Source: Bacteroidota bacterium
Lineage (GTDB): Bacteria; Bacteroidota; Bacteroidia; Bacteroidales; UBA12077
Direction: 5' to 3'
Assembly: GCA_034189025.1 (NCBI GenBank)
Contig: JAXHVS010000142.1
Location: forward strand, 147-64,146
Length of the DNA stretch: 64,000 bases
The position numbers and the translations under genes are program-made. Positions 1 to 7,704 of this stretch are shown piece by piece. The notes under the pieces are model-generated. The model was given only the letters and a program-made list of their open reading frames with translations. It did not search any database and was not told the origin of the DNA. Numbering within the stretch: the stretch's first letter is position 1; each line of letters begins with the position of its first letter.

Positions 1-350
1 GTACTGAGCAATATATCAATGGCAAGCCTTTCAAACAAATAAGTGTGCCGTTCATATCCATCGGCCCACGGAACCTTTATTGTCTTTACTTTGCCCGATG
101 GTGCCTTAATCCTTGAGACACCACAATTTATGTATGTCTTATACTGCATAGTGTCTAAATGTCGCCAGCGACGATTGGGGGCATGATCATAAATGGGACA
201 TAATTCTAAAGTATCAGTATCTTCGGCTTCTTTACCTATGTATTTTAAAAATACATCTACTTCTTCTGTTTTATAGTTAGCATTTACACGTTCAACTTTC
301 CATTCTTCGCCAAAGTTCAATATCAGGTCAAATAATTGTTCTGAAAACAT
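1..350 (-). CDS. ISL3-family transposase, N-terminal part (gene continues beyond the window start)
   Basis: Absent from the ORF track because no stop lies in the window. Reverse-strand ATG at 350-348 gives MFSEQLFDLILNFGEEWKVERVNANYKTEEVDVFLKYIGKEAEDTDTLELCPIYDHAPNRRWRHLDTMQYKTYINCGVSRIKAPSGKVKTIKVPWADGYERHTYLFERLAIDILLS. The R-x-WRHLD ... VPWA ... T-x-x-FE pattern is typical of the N-terminal Zn-finger/HTH region of ISL3 transposases (recalled from memory, not searched). Confidence 0.7.
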   Translation of the reverse strand, partial: MFSEQLFDLILNFGEEWKVERVNANYKTEEVDVFLKYIGKEAEDTDTLELCPIYDHAPNRRWRHLDTMQYKTYINCGVSRIKAPSGKVKTIKVPWADGYERHTYLFERLAIDILLS

Positions 351-403
351 AGCTCTTTTTTTGTTGCTAATTTATAATTTTCCATTAAATTCGTGGTAGA
401 ACC
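1..403 (-). mobile_element. End of an ISL3-family insertion sequence (putative terminal inverted repeat near 366-403)
   Basis: Transposase 5' end at 350. On the reverse strand, 403-366 reads GGTTCTACCACGAATTTAATGGAAAATTATAAATTAGC, starting GG-TCT like ISL3-type IRs (GGCTCTT...). The other IS end is outside the window, so the boundary is inferred. Confidence 0.4.
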
Positions 404-439
404 TGAAATATTAATGGTTTTGTCAATAAAAAATACAAT

Positions 440-1240
440 ATGAGTTTAGTTCACCACATCATTCCCAAACAACAACCCGATATGAAACAACTTAACCAGT
501 GTGTGTTAGCCATGGAGGGTGCAAAATATGAAGGCCGCGGCGAGGGTACTTTGTATTATTGGATTGATGGAAAATCGACCCGGGGCATGGATATTACGAT
601 GCATGACGAATCGATTGAGATTAGAAATACCGTTTTATCCAACCACTCCGACTACCAACTTACAAACAACATTGTAGAAGAGCTGCTGGACCAGACGCAA
701 GGGGTACTCCTTAACGAGGATAGGGAAGAAGTTGAAAAACAGCCTCTTTTGGGTGATCAAGATATTACCGTTAAAACACTTGCCGATTGCGAGATGATCC
801 AAACCCTTTCACAGCAGCATGAGGATATTGCCATCTTGGGCCCGAAACGAAAAGTACATTTCGGGAAACGTACCCATGAAAGGTTTAAATCTTTTAAAGG
901 GGAAACCCTGAAAGAAAAAATATTTGCCCTGATGCTTAAAGTAAATTATGAAATTCCTGATTATGATTACGGGCAGGTGGTGCAGGCTGAAGATCCATCC
1001 GGAGAAAAGAAAATATTACAAATACTAACTAACAAAACCAACTGCATTGTTGATAAATATGATTATATTTTGCTTTACACAGGCACCGAAAATCCTATAA
1101 TGATAACTAATCAGCTGTTAAATACCATGTTGCCATCCAATTGGGAGCTGGTTGATGAATTTACAATTATTGCTCCGGTAACAAGTCGGGAAGAATGGAA
1201 TAAATTATTGCGAAAAACTGAACCCTATAATCTGTTCTGA
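440..1240 (+). CDS. Hypothetical protein, 266 aa, no motif recognised
   Basis: Long ATG-initiated ORF with no signal peptide or TM segment. It is visibly GC-richer than its neighbours (e.g. gccatggagggtgcaaaatatgaaggccgcggcgagggt). It starts 37 bp from the putative IS end. Confidence 0.6.
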   Translation: MSLVHHIIPKQQPDMKQLNQCVLAMEGAKYEGRGEGTLYYWIDGKSTRGMDITMHDESIEIRNTVLSNHSDYQLTNNIVEELLDQTQGVLLNEDREEVEKQPLLGDQDITVKTLADCEMIQTLSQQHEDIAILGPKRKVHFGKRTHERFKSFKGETLKEKIFALMLKVNYEIPDYDYGQVVQAEDPSGEKKILQILTNKTNCIVDKYDYILLYTGTENPIMITNQLLNTMLPSNWELVDEFTIIAPVTSREEWNKLLRKTEPYNLF

Positions 1241-1301
1241 AATTCATTCGGTCGATTCTCCTAATTTTGGTTTATAACGCATGCAATAAACGTAATGACA
1301 C

Positions 1302-1757
1302 CTATTTCTCTGTTTTTTGCTTATTATTCTTTGTATTAGTTTTAGTTCGAATCAGATTATTCACATCAATTAAAGGTATAATATATTTTCCATAAGGGAA
1401 ATAAGCGGTAACATTTAAAATATATGCTCTTATTGTATTAATTATTAATGGTAAACCGGACATTAATAAATAGTTATCTTTTGTAGTTTTTTCTGGCTCT
1501 GATTCAAAACTAAAAACTCCTTGTGCAATAACCTGGAAAACATATCCTGGTATTGGTTTGCTTTTATTATTTCCAATTAGAATAACTTTAATCAAAAATA
1601 ATTCTTTATTGTCTTTATTTGTTAATTTAATATCAAAATCAATATCTAATTCCAGATTCCTATTAAGTTTTTTAGATTCCTTAATAGGAATTGTGTTAAA
1701 ATTACTTTCGGTAATAAATATATTCTCTACTTTAAAATTAGATTCTTGTGCTTTCAT
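1302..1757 (-). CDS. SecB-like chaperone (third gene of a toxin-antitoxin-chaperone module)
   Basis: 151 aa. FKVENIFITESNFN ... FQVIAQGVFSFES ... LMSGLPLIINTIRAYILNVTAYFPYGKYIIPLIDVNNLI lines up by eye with E. coli SecB blocks FQIQRIYTKDISFE / EVQQGGIFSI / [40 protein letters not shown] (from memory). Its ATG overlaps the upstream stop as ATGA (1754-1757). Confidence 0.65.
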   Translation of the reverse strand: MKAQESNFKVENIFITESNFNTIPIKESKKLNRNLELDIDFDIKLTNKDNKELFLIKVILIGNNKSKPIPGYVFQVIAQGVFSFESEPEKTTKDNYLLMSGLPLIINTIRAYILNVTAYFPYGKYIIPLIDVNNLIRTKTNTKNNKQKTEK

Positions 1758-2194
1758 GCAATTTTTAGCTTTGATTGTTCCTCATTTTCAACTATAAAAT
1801 TATCAAAATTATATTTTTTAGGCCGTTTTTGTAAATTCAAATAATCGGGTTGGTCTTCTTCAAAATTTTCAATAAAATCAATATTTAATGTTTCTAAATT
1901 TACTTTTTCAGAGATTTCAAACTTAACTCCAAATATCCTTTGAAATAAGGCTATGTGCTTTAAATTTAGCTGTTTATCTCCACTAAACAACTGAGTTATA
2001 AAACTTGAAGATTTTTTCATCTTTTTAGCCAAATCTGTTTTTGACAAATTATTTAACTTCATAAGATTGTCAAGATAACTCATAAAATCCAATTGGATAA
2101 TTTCTGTTTCGAATTTCAGTTTTTCATTATCACTACTAAATTTTATAAGATCTTTTAACAAGTTTTCATCTATATAATTATTTTTCAAACTCAT
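1754..2194 (-). CDS. higA: XRE-family HTH antitoxin (HigA-like) with ~50-aa C-terminal extension
   Basis: 146 aa. HTH segment LSKTDLAKKMKKSSSFITQLFSGDKQLNLKHIALFQRIFG, then an acidic/aromatic tail EISEKVNLETLNIDFIENFEEDQPDYLNLQKRPKKYNFDNFIVENEEQSKLKIA. Overlaps the toxin gene by 17 nt and the chaperone gene by 4 nt. Confidence 0.65.
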   Translation of the reverse strand: MSLKNNYIDENLLKDLIKFSSDNEKLKFETEIIQLDFMSYLDNLMKLNNLSKTDLAKKMKKSSSFITQLFSGDKQLNLKHIALFQRIFGVKFEISEKVNLETLNIDFIENFEEDQPDYLNLQKRPKKYNFDNFIVENEEQSKLKIA

Positions 2195-2594
2195 CGTAGG
2201 TATATTTTTTTATTTGGTCTATTATATTAACAATTTTATGATCTTCTTTGTTTTTTTGAGTGGTTTTGTGTAAATAATTAATCATAATAATCTTTTTCCC
2301 ATCTTTAAAACATTCTTTGCAATAAATCCGTAAATTATTATTGAACTTACCTTTAAATTTCATTGCAGTAATGTTTTTTTCTTCCAGTGAATACAACTCT
2401 CTGTTATATTGGTTAGATAAAGCAACATATAAAATCCTTTTAAATTTCTTTTTTTTGCTTTTCAGTTCATTTATAATTCCTTTTGCAATTTTTTTATTAG
2501 TAACATCTAAAAACAATTCAACATTGTATTTTTTTAAATCTGGAAATTCATCATAAAATTCATCTAAAGGATATTTTTGTACTTTTTGGCTCAC
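2178..2594 (-). CDS. higB: HigB / Gp49-like (RelE-superfamily) toxin
   Basis: 138 aa with a GTG start (no upstream ATG). The C-terminal half ITAMKFKGKFNNNLRIYCKECFKDGKKIIMINYLHKTTQKNKEDHKIVNIIDQIKKY resembles the M. tuberculosis HigB1 core ILELRW..NNHFRVLFF...VALTAFYKNQQKTPKTKIETA (from memory). It is first in a toxin-antitoxin-chaperone order. Confidence 0.55.
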   Translation of the reverse strand: MSQKVQKYPLDEFYDEFPDLKKYNVELFLDVTNKKIAKGIINELKSKKKKFKRILYVALSNQYNRELYSLEEKNITAMKFKGKFNNNLRIYCKECFKDGKKIIMINYLHKTTQKNKEDHKIVNIIDQIKKYTYDEFEK

Positions 2595-2704
2595 AAAATT
2601 AACTTATAGGTTAAAAATAAAAAAATTTTTCATCATTTATTTTAAAAATAAGAAAAAAATATAGAATTGGAAAATATTTTAGATAATGTAAGAAAAATGT
2701 TCAC

Positions 2705-2960
2705 TACAAACACACGTCAGTTGAAACGTGCAATATAATAAAATTGAGGGTTTACCTTCCTCCGGCAGATAGGTTAAAATTACCGGCTGCAAGCCGGTGA
2801 TCCATACAAAATTTTTAGAGTTGCTGAAAAGGGCAGGTGTATAATTATTAACAACCGGCATTTTTTTACCGCCTGCTTTAGCTGGCGGTTTAAAAGTTAA
2901 ATAAATTAAAGGCTTTAGCCGGTTATAATAATTCATAGCTCGTTCGCGTCTACAATCCGA
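2705..2960 (+). repeat. GC-rich structured intergenic repeat, copy A
   Basis: Shares colinear blocks with 4560-4760. Blocks: hairpin cacgtCAGTTGAAacgtg (2713-2730); ccggcTGCAAgccgg + GTGATCCATAC (2783-2807); TTTACCGCCTGCTTTAGCTGGCGGT (2866-2889); TAAATAAATTAAAGGCTTTAGCCGG (2898-2922). Spacing GATCCATAC->GCTTTAGCTGG is 68 nt here and 67 nt in copy B. Confidence 0.7.
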
Positions 2961-3049
2961 CCGAAAAGACTGTTTTGGTTAACGGTATATTTTTTATATT
3001 TTTATCTTCGGAAAATAAAAAATAATCATTCGATTAACCGTGAATAATT

Positions 3050-3358
3050 ATGGAGAACAAAGATTTTACCCTTCCCGTTAAAACCGTTTGGCTTTTGGTT
3101 GCAAGTACTCTTTTGCTTTCGTTTATTGCCTTTTTTGCTCAGGTTTACCAATGGGAATATAAACAAATTATTACAACCCTGAGCCTGATGTTTTTCTTTG
3201 CCTCCTGGGTGATTATTTTTAATGATATGGTGCAACATAAAATCTATAATAAACCTTTTTGGATGCTAACCATGTTTACGTTACCGCACCTTTCCATTCT
3301 TTTTTATACGATTCAACGCAATAAATTACTCCGGCTTGGACAAAAACTGGCTTCGTAA
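3050..3358 (+). CDS. Small membrane protein, PLD-nuclease N-terminal (PLDc_N)-like
   Basis: 102 aa, 3 TM segments. C-terminal WVIIFNDMVQHKIYNKPFWMLTMFTLPHLSILFYTIQRNK resembles the PLDc_N signature (W..D......K..W.......P..G...Y). Confidence 0.5.
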   Translation: MENKDFTLPVKTVWLLVASTLLLSFIAFFAQVYQWEYKQIITTLSLMFFFASWVIIFNDMVQHKIYNKPFWMLTMFTLPHLSILFYTIQRNKLLRLGQKLAS

Positions 3359-3398
3359 CTTATTGATGAAATAATTACAGTTTATCAAATCCAAAAAG

Positions 3399-3857
3399 AT
3401 GGAAAAACATCGGAAAATATACTGGATTACCGCCGGATTTGTGGTGGTATTTTTTATTTTGAGTTGTTCCTTTCTTAATGAAACAGTACAAGAGAAGAAT
3501 ATTGTCGAAATAGAGGCAATTATGGAGCAGCAGGAGAGAGACTGGAGTGCCGGCGATATGGAAGGTTATATGCAGGGATACTGGCAGTCTGATAGTCTGC
3601 GTTTTATGGGAAAGCAGGGTATTACTTACGGATGGAAAAAACAACTGGATAACTACTTACAGGGTTACCCCGATAAAGAGGCCATGGGGAAGCTTACTTT
3701 TGAAAATATATCTTTTGACCCGATGGGAAATGAACATATGCTGGTAGTTGGAAAATGGACACTGAAACGGACAAAAGACACGCTAAGCGGTTATTATTCG
3801 CTGATATGGAAAAAGATAGACGGGCAGTGGAAAATTATTTTTGACCATACACCCTGA
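3399..3857 (+). CDS. SnoaL/NTF2-like (DUF4440-type) lipoprotein
   Basis: 152 aa. Lipoprotein signal VVVFFILSC. The body, EIEAIMEQQERDWSAGDMEGYMQGYW...GKWTL...GYYSLIWKKIDGQWKIIFDHT, is typical of DUF4440/NTF2-fold proteins. Confidence 0.6.
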   Translation: MEKHRKIYWITAGFVVVFFILSCSFLNETVQEKNIVEIEAIMEQQERDWSAGDMEGYMQGYWQSDSLRFMGKQGITYGWKKQLDNYLQGYPDKEAMGKLTFENISFDPMGNEHMLVVGKWTLKRTKDTLSGYYSLIWKKIDGQWKIIFDHTP

Positions 3858-3915
3858 TAATGTACAATTGTAATTAATGTAGCTTTACTAATAAACGATT
3901 AAATCAAAAACAAAT

Positions 3916-3951
3916 TTGTCCGACCGGGACAAGGTTTGCCTGCCTTAGGCA
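3916..3951. terminator. Two short hairpins between convergent genes (possible bidirectional terminator)
   Basis: ttgtccGACCGggacaa (3916-3932) and tgcctGCCTTaggca (3937-3951) lie between the + gene ending 3857 and the - gene ending 3964. U-tracts are weak. Confidence 0.35.
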
Positions 3952-3963
3952 TGGTTAATAAAA

Positions 3964-4446
3964 TTACTCCTGTTGTTTATACTCGGCTACTTCAATTGGA
4001 ATCCTTTTCTCAGCACAAAAAGAATGGACATTGTTTTTTATTATCTTTAGTTTCTCATAAGGTACCCAGCCAATTTTGAGCACTTTTTTGCGGCCCGATT
4101 TTTTAAAAAAAGTAATCGATGTAAATCCTAGCTTTACCTTATCTACTGTTTCCCAAATAATTTTTTCCGGAATTTTTTTAAAAAAACCAAACTGGTATTC
4201 CAGGGCAAAATCATCGCAGCGGATAAACATTTTGGCATTATAGCCTATGTAGCCAAAATACAAAAAGAGTAAGAAATAAATACCCAGGCTAATAAAAATC
4301 CAGGTTTCCATATCGTGTTTTTGATAGAGTAACCAGGTAACTCCGATTGCAGAGGCTAAAAATACAAGGCTGAGGATAAGGATAAACCGCTTAAATCGGC
4401 GGCCTTTGTCTGCCGTTTGATTTAAATTGATGATACACGCTTCCAT
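3964..4446 (-). CDS. Hypothetical membrane protein (2 TM + soluble C-terminal domain)
   Basis: 160 aa, ATG start. Two hydrophobic helices (FILILSLVFLASAIGVTWLL, IFISLGIYFLLFLYFGYIGY) followed by ~85 soluble residues. Confidence 0.55.
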   Translation of the reverse strand: MEACIINLNQTADKGRRFKRFILILSLVFLASAIGVTWLLYQKHDMETWIFISLGIYFLLFLYFGYIGYNAKMFIRCDDFALEYQFGFFKKIPEKIIWETVDKVKLGFTSITFFKKSGRKKVLKIGWVPYEKLKIIKNNVHSFCAEKRIPIEVAEYKQQE

Positions 4447-4559
4447 AATAATCCAGTTGATGTTTATTCAAAGGTATTCATTTTCACGGATTTATTTGAA
4501 TATTGAACTTCGTTTTTTTTATTCGCATTTATTTGCCGAACAAATTAAGGATTGTATAA

Positions 4560-4760
4560 TTCAACGCACAGGAATGTGCGTTATGCATTAAACCGGTACC
4601 GGCTGAAAACGGATGATCCATACTCATCCACCTGAAAGGCAGAAATATCCTGGCGTGTAACTATTAACTGCCATTAGTTTTTACCGTATGCTTTAGCTGG
4701 CGGTACTGAAGCTAAATAAACAAAGGTTTTAGCCGGGTAACCATTTAAATGCTATTCTTT
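4560..4760 (+). repeat. GC-rich structured intergenic repeat, copy B
   Basis: cgcacaGGAAtgtgcg hairpin (4565-4580), GATGATCCATAC (4612-4623), TTTACCGTATGCTTTAGCTGGCGGT (4680-4704), TAAATAAACAAAGGTTTTAGCCGG (4714-4737). Same order and orientation as copy A. Confidence 0.7.
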
Positions 4761-4814
4761 CGTCAGCATATATGACTCTTACAAAAAAATTACTTGTGTA
4801 TGCTGCATCTTTTA

Positions 4815-4945
4815 ATTTCAGCGCACAGGAATGTGCGTTGTACAGTTTTGGATTGAAAACCAGGGTAAATATTTTTAAATCCACTGTAAGGATATTGAAC
4901 CACTGTCAGGGAATTGTTTGGCTTAAGAACCGGCGATCCAAACCA
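4815..4945 (+). repeat. Partial or divergent copy C of the same repeat family
   Basis: gcgcacaGGAAtgtgcgt (4821-4838) is nearly identical to the copy B hairpin, and CCGGCGATCCAAAC (4930-4943) resembles the GATCCATAC block. The GCTTTAGCTGGCGG block is absent. Confidence 0.5.
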
Positions 4946-4959
4946 GTTCACTTTTAATA

Positions 4960-6861
4960 CTAATATTTACTCACAATATTCATATTTTGATGATTGGTAA
5001 TTTCTTTGGCCTCGGGAGTAAATAAAAAGTTAATGCGTTCTTTGTAATATTCCACAATTTTTCCTCTTACCATTTTCAGCGTACTGTTTATCAGTTTATT
5101 TTCTTCGGAAAAAGGTTCACCTAAAACAGCAACAGCTGCAGGCAGCCAGCGTTCAGGAAAAAAATCTTCGTATTTTCCGCCTTTTTTATACGCATCAATT
5201 TCTTCCTGTATTTTTTGCAATGCCATTTTTTGTCCTTCTTTTCTGTCGAAAGACAAATTGTGTTCTTTCAGGTATCTTCGTAGCGCTTCTTTATTAGGCA
5301 TAATTAAACCTACCGTATAAGGGCTTTGATCATTATACAACATACATTGATCAATGTATTTCGAATGCTGAATGAGTGTTTCTTCAATCGATTCGGGGCT
5401 GTATTTTTCGCCATCGTTGGCAATGAGCAGGCTTTTAAATCGTCCCAGAACGTAAAGAAAACCGTCTTTATCCATATAACCCATATCGCCGGTGTAGAGC
5501 CAGCCATCTTTTATGGTTTCGTTGGTTGCTTTTTCGTTTCTCCAGTAACCAATCATAATATTTTCGCCTCGCACCACAATTTCTCCTTTCTCACCCACAG
5601 GCAACTCATTTCCATGATCGTCACAAATTTTAAGGTCGATATTTTTTACCAGAAAACCAGAGGAACCAAGTTTGTGATTTTGTGGAGCATTGGATGAAAT
5701 AATCGGCGCAGATTCAGATAATCCATAACCTTGAAACATTGGTATTCCAATGGCATAAAAAAATCGTTGCAGTTCAATATCAAGTAGTGCACCACCACCG
5801 ATAAAGAAGTCAAGCTCACCACCAAAATTTTCGCGTATTTTACTAAATAATATTTTATCGAACAGGTTTAATAAAGGTTTTTTCCAGGCATGAAAGATTC
5901 CGCCTTTATTGTACCCCTCTTTGTTATAGCTATAGGCTAGTTTCATGGCATAATTAAAAAGTTTCTCTGCTTTGGGCCCTTTATCCTGTATTCCTTTTTC
6001 GATATTTTTCTTAAAATTTTTGGCTAACGAAGGCACACTTAAAAGTAAATTGGGTTTTACCTCTTTAATATTGGTAGGGATATTTTTTAAAGTTTCCATT
6101 GTTGACCGGCCCGCTTGTACAAAAGCCATGCTGGCTCCATTAGCGATAAAACTATAAATGCCGGCAGTATGTGCAAAAGAATGATCCAAAGGAAGAATAA
6201 GCAGTGTTTTATAAGTGTCAGGAATATCCATTAAACTGCATGCTTGTTCTACATTGGCTGTATAATTTCTGTGGGTAAGCATAATCCCTTTTGGATCGGC
6301 TGTAGTACCCGAGGTATAACTTATATTGGCCAAATCATTAGCCTGAACCGAATTTTTGGTTTCTATAAATTTATCTTTATTGGTTTTTAAGAAATTTTCA
6401 CCCAGCTCAAGAACATCTTCGATAAAAATTTCATTAGAATCATATTCTTCCTGAGCATCGAGATAGATAATCTTTTCAAGATCGGGAAGATTATTTTTAA
6501 TCTGTTTGATTTTAGATGCTTGATTTCCAGAAACAATAATCATTCGGGTTTCCGAATGTTCGAGCCTGAATTTTAATTCATTGGAAGCATCTAACTTTAC
6601 CGATAAAGGGACATTTACCGCACCAGTATATAAAATAGCCAGCTCACCAATTACCCAATAATTTCTGCCTTCGGACAGCAAAGCAATTCTGTCGCCTTTG
6701 TTAACCCGGAGAGCTAACAATCCCGAGGCCATTATTTCAACTTGTTTTAATGTTTCTTGATAGGTGGTTGAATTATATTTTTCTGTTTCCTTTTCCCATA
6801 GTAATGGGTTGTTCGCATACTTTTCTACATTTTGTTCAAAAAGATCAATAATTGTTTTCAT
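4960..6861 (-). CDS. Long-chain-fatty-acid--CoA ligase (AMP-binding family)
   Basis: AMP-binding motifs YTSGTTADPKG, GYGLSE, YTGDMGYMDKDGFLYVLGR. The track start at 6891 is a TTG. The ATG at 6861 (MKTIIDLFEQNVEKY) is the more likely start. Confidence 0.85.
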   Translation of the reverse strand: MKTIIDLFEQNVEKYANNPLLWEKETEKYNSTTYQETLKQVEIMASGLLALRVNKGDRIALLSEGRNYWVIGELAILYTGAVNVPLSVKLDASNELKFRLEHSETRMIIVSGNQASKIKQIKNNLPDLEKIIYLDAQEEYDSNEIFIEDVLELGENFLKTNKDKFIETKNSVQANDLANISYTSGTTADPKGIMLTHRNYTANVEQACSLMDIPDTYKTLLILPLDHSFAHTAGIYSFIANGASMAFVQAGRSTMETLKNIPTNIKEVKPNLLLSVPSLAKNFKKNIEKGIQDKGPKAEKLFNYAMKLAYSYNKEGYNKGGIFHAWKKPLLNLFDKILFSKIRENFGGELDFFIGGGALLDIELQRFFYAIGIPMFQGYGLSESAPIISSNAPQNHKLGSSGFLVKNIDLKICDDHGNELPVGEKGEIVVRGENIMIGYWRNEKATNETIKDGWLYTGDMGYMDKDGFLYVLGRFKSLLIANDGEKYSPESIEETLIQHSKYIDQCMLYNDQSPYTVGLIMPNKEALRRYLKEHNLSFDRKEGQKMALQKIQEEIDAYKKGGKYEDFFPERWLPAAVAVLGEPFSEENKLINSTLKMVRGKIVEYYKERINFLFTPEAKEITNHQNMNIVSKY

Positions 6862-7032
6862 GTTCTTTGGCCTTTTGTTTAAGGAGGGCAATTTAAAAAA
6901 AATCTGTCTATATCGTAGAACTTTTTTAGGGTTTATTTTTTCTTCACATGGCTCAAAATAAGGGGTTTATCTGTTTAGATAAATATCTGTATAATTACTA
7001 AAATGTTTACATACAGTTTTTTATAAAAATAT

Positions 7033-7065
7033 TTTGATAATCTGATGTAATTTTCTTTATCTTTG
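7033..7065 (+). promoter_or_regulatory. Bacteroidota-type promoter (-33 TTTG / -7 TAnnTTTG)
   Basis: TTTG at 7033-7036 and TATCTTTG at 7058-7065, with a 21-nt spacer, 18 nt upstream of the ATG at 7083. Motif match only; chance matches are frequent in AT-rich DNA. Confidence 0.4.
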
Positions 7066-7082
7066 TTTTAAATATAAAAATC

Positions 7083-7559
7083 ATGATTAATCCCAATTCT
7101 ATGAGAAAATTAATTTTTACACTAGCAGCAATTGTATTATTAACTTCAGGATGCGAATTTTTCGAAAAGAAAAAGATGTTTTCTAAAGAAGATACATTAG
7201 TTGCCTATCAACGTAAAGTTGACAGTTTGCGAAAAGTTGACTCGATTAAAAAGGCAAAAGCAATTGCACAACAAAAGGCAGAACAAGCCCGGAAAGATTC
7301 TATCCGAAAAGCTGAACAAGAGCGAAAAAGATTGTATAAATTTCATGTTATTGTAGGTAGTTTTAAAACACCAAAATATGCCGAAGCATATGATAATTTT
7401 ATTATGCAGAAAGGATACAAGACAGAAGTGCTTCGTAACGAATATCAATTTCAGATGATTAGTATTGGTGCATATAAATCGTGGCGCGAAGCCGTAAAAG
7501 ATTTAGAAAAAGCACGCGAAACGATTGAACCTACATCCTGGATTTATATTGATAACTAG
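7083..7559 (+). CDS. SPOR domain-containing lipoprotein
   Basis: Lipobox LLTSGC. Lys/Glu-rich coiled linker with near-repeat VDSLRK/VDSIKK. C-terminal FHVIVGSFKTPKYAEAYDNFIMQKGYKTEVLRNEYQFQMISIGAYKSWREA is typical of a SPOR domain. Confidence 0.75.
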   Translation: MINPNSMRKLIFTLAAIVLLTSGCEFFEKKKMFSKEDTLVAYQRKVDSLRKVDSIKKAKAIAQQKAEQARKDSIRKAEQERKRLYKFHVIVGSFKTPKYAEAYDNFIMQKGYKTEVLRNEYQFQMISIGAYKSWREAVKDLEKARETIEPTSWIYIDN

Positions 7560-7582
7560 TGTTTTATAAATGATATTAGATA

Positions 7583-7615
7583 AAAACGGCTACTATTTGT
7601 AGTCGTTTTTTATTT
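7583..7615 (+). terminator. Rho-independent terminator
   Basis: aaaacggctac TATTT gtagtcgtttt (11-bp stem, one G.U) followed by a T-run. Confidence 0.7.
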
Positions 7616-7704
7616 TTAACAATTTATCAAATGTGAGAAAAAATATTTTTTTTTTGATAATTAAATAATAGATTTGGTGATTCTTAAAAAAAAATGAAAA
7701 AATA

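Noticed and set aside
2679-2936. 85-aa ORF (MNYYNRLKPLIYLTFKPPAKAGG...) on the minus strand
   Set aside because: It lies entirely inside repeat copy A. The homologous stretch of copy B has stop codons and frame changes, so the open frame is most likely a by-product of a GC-rich non-coding repeat.
4772-4957. 61-aa ORF on the plus strand
   Set aside because: It spans repeat copy C, has no coding-like features, and is shared only at the nucleotide level with copy B.
5326-5697. 123-aa ORF antisense to the acyl-CoA ligase gene (and similar short ORFs at 5310, 5972 and 6764)
   Set aside because: They are embedded in a strongly supported AMP-binding enzyme gene on the other strand.
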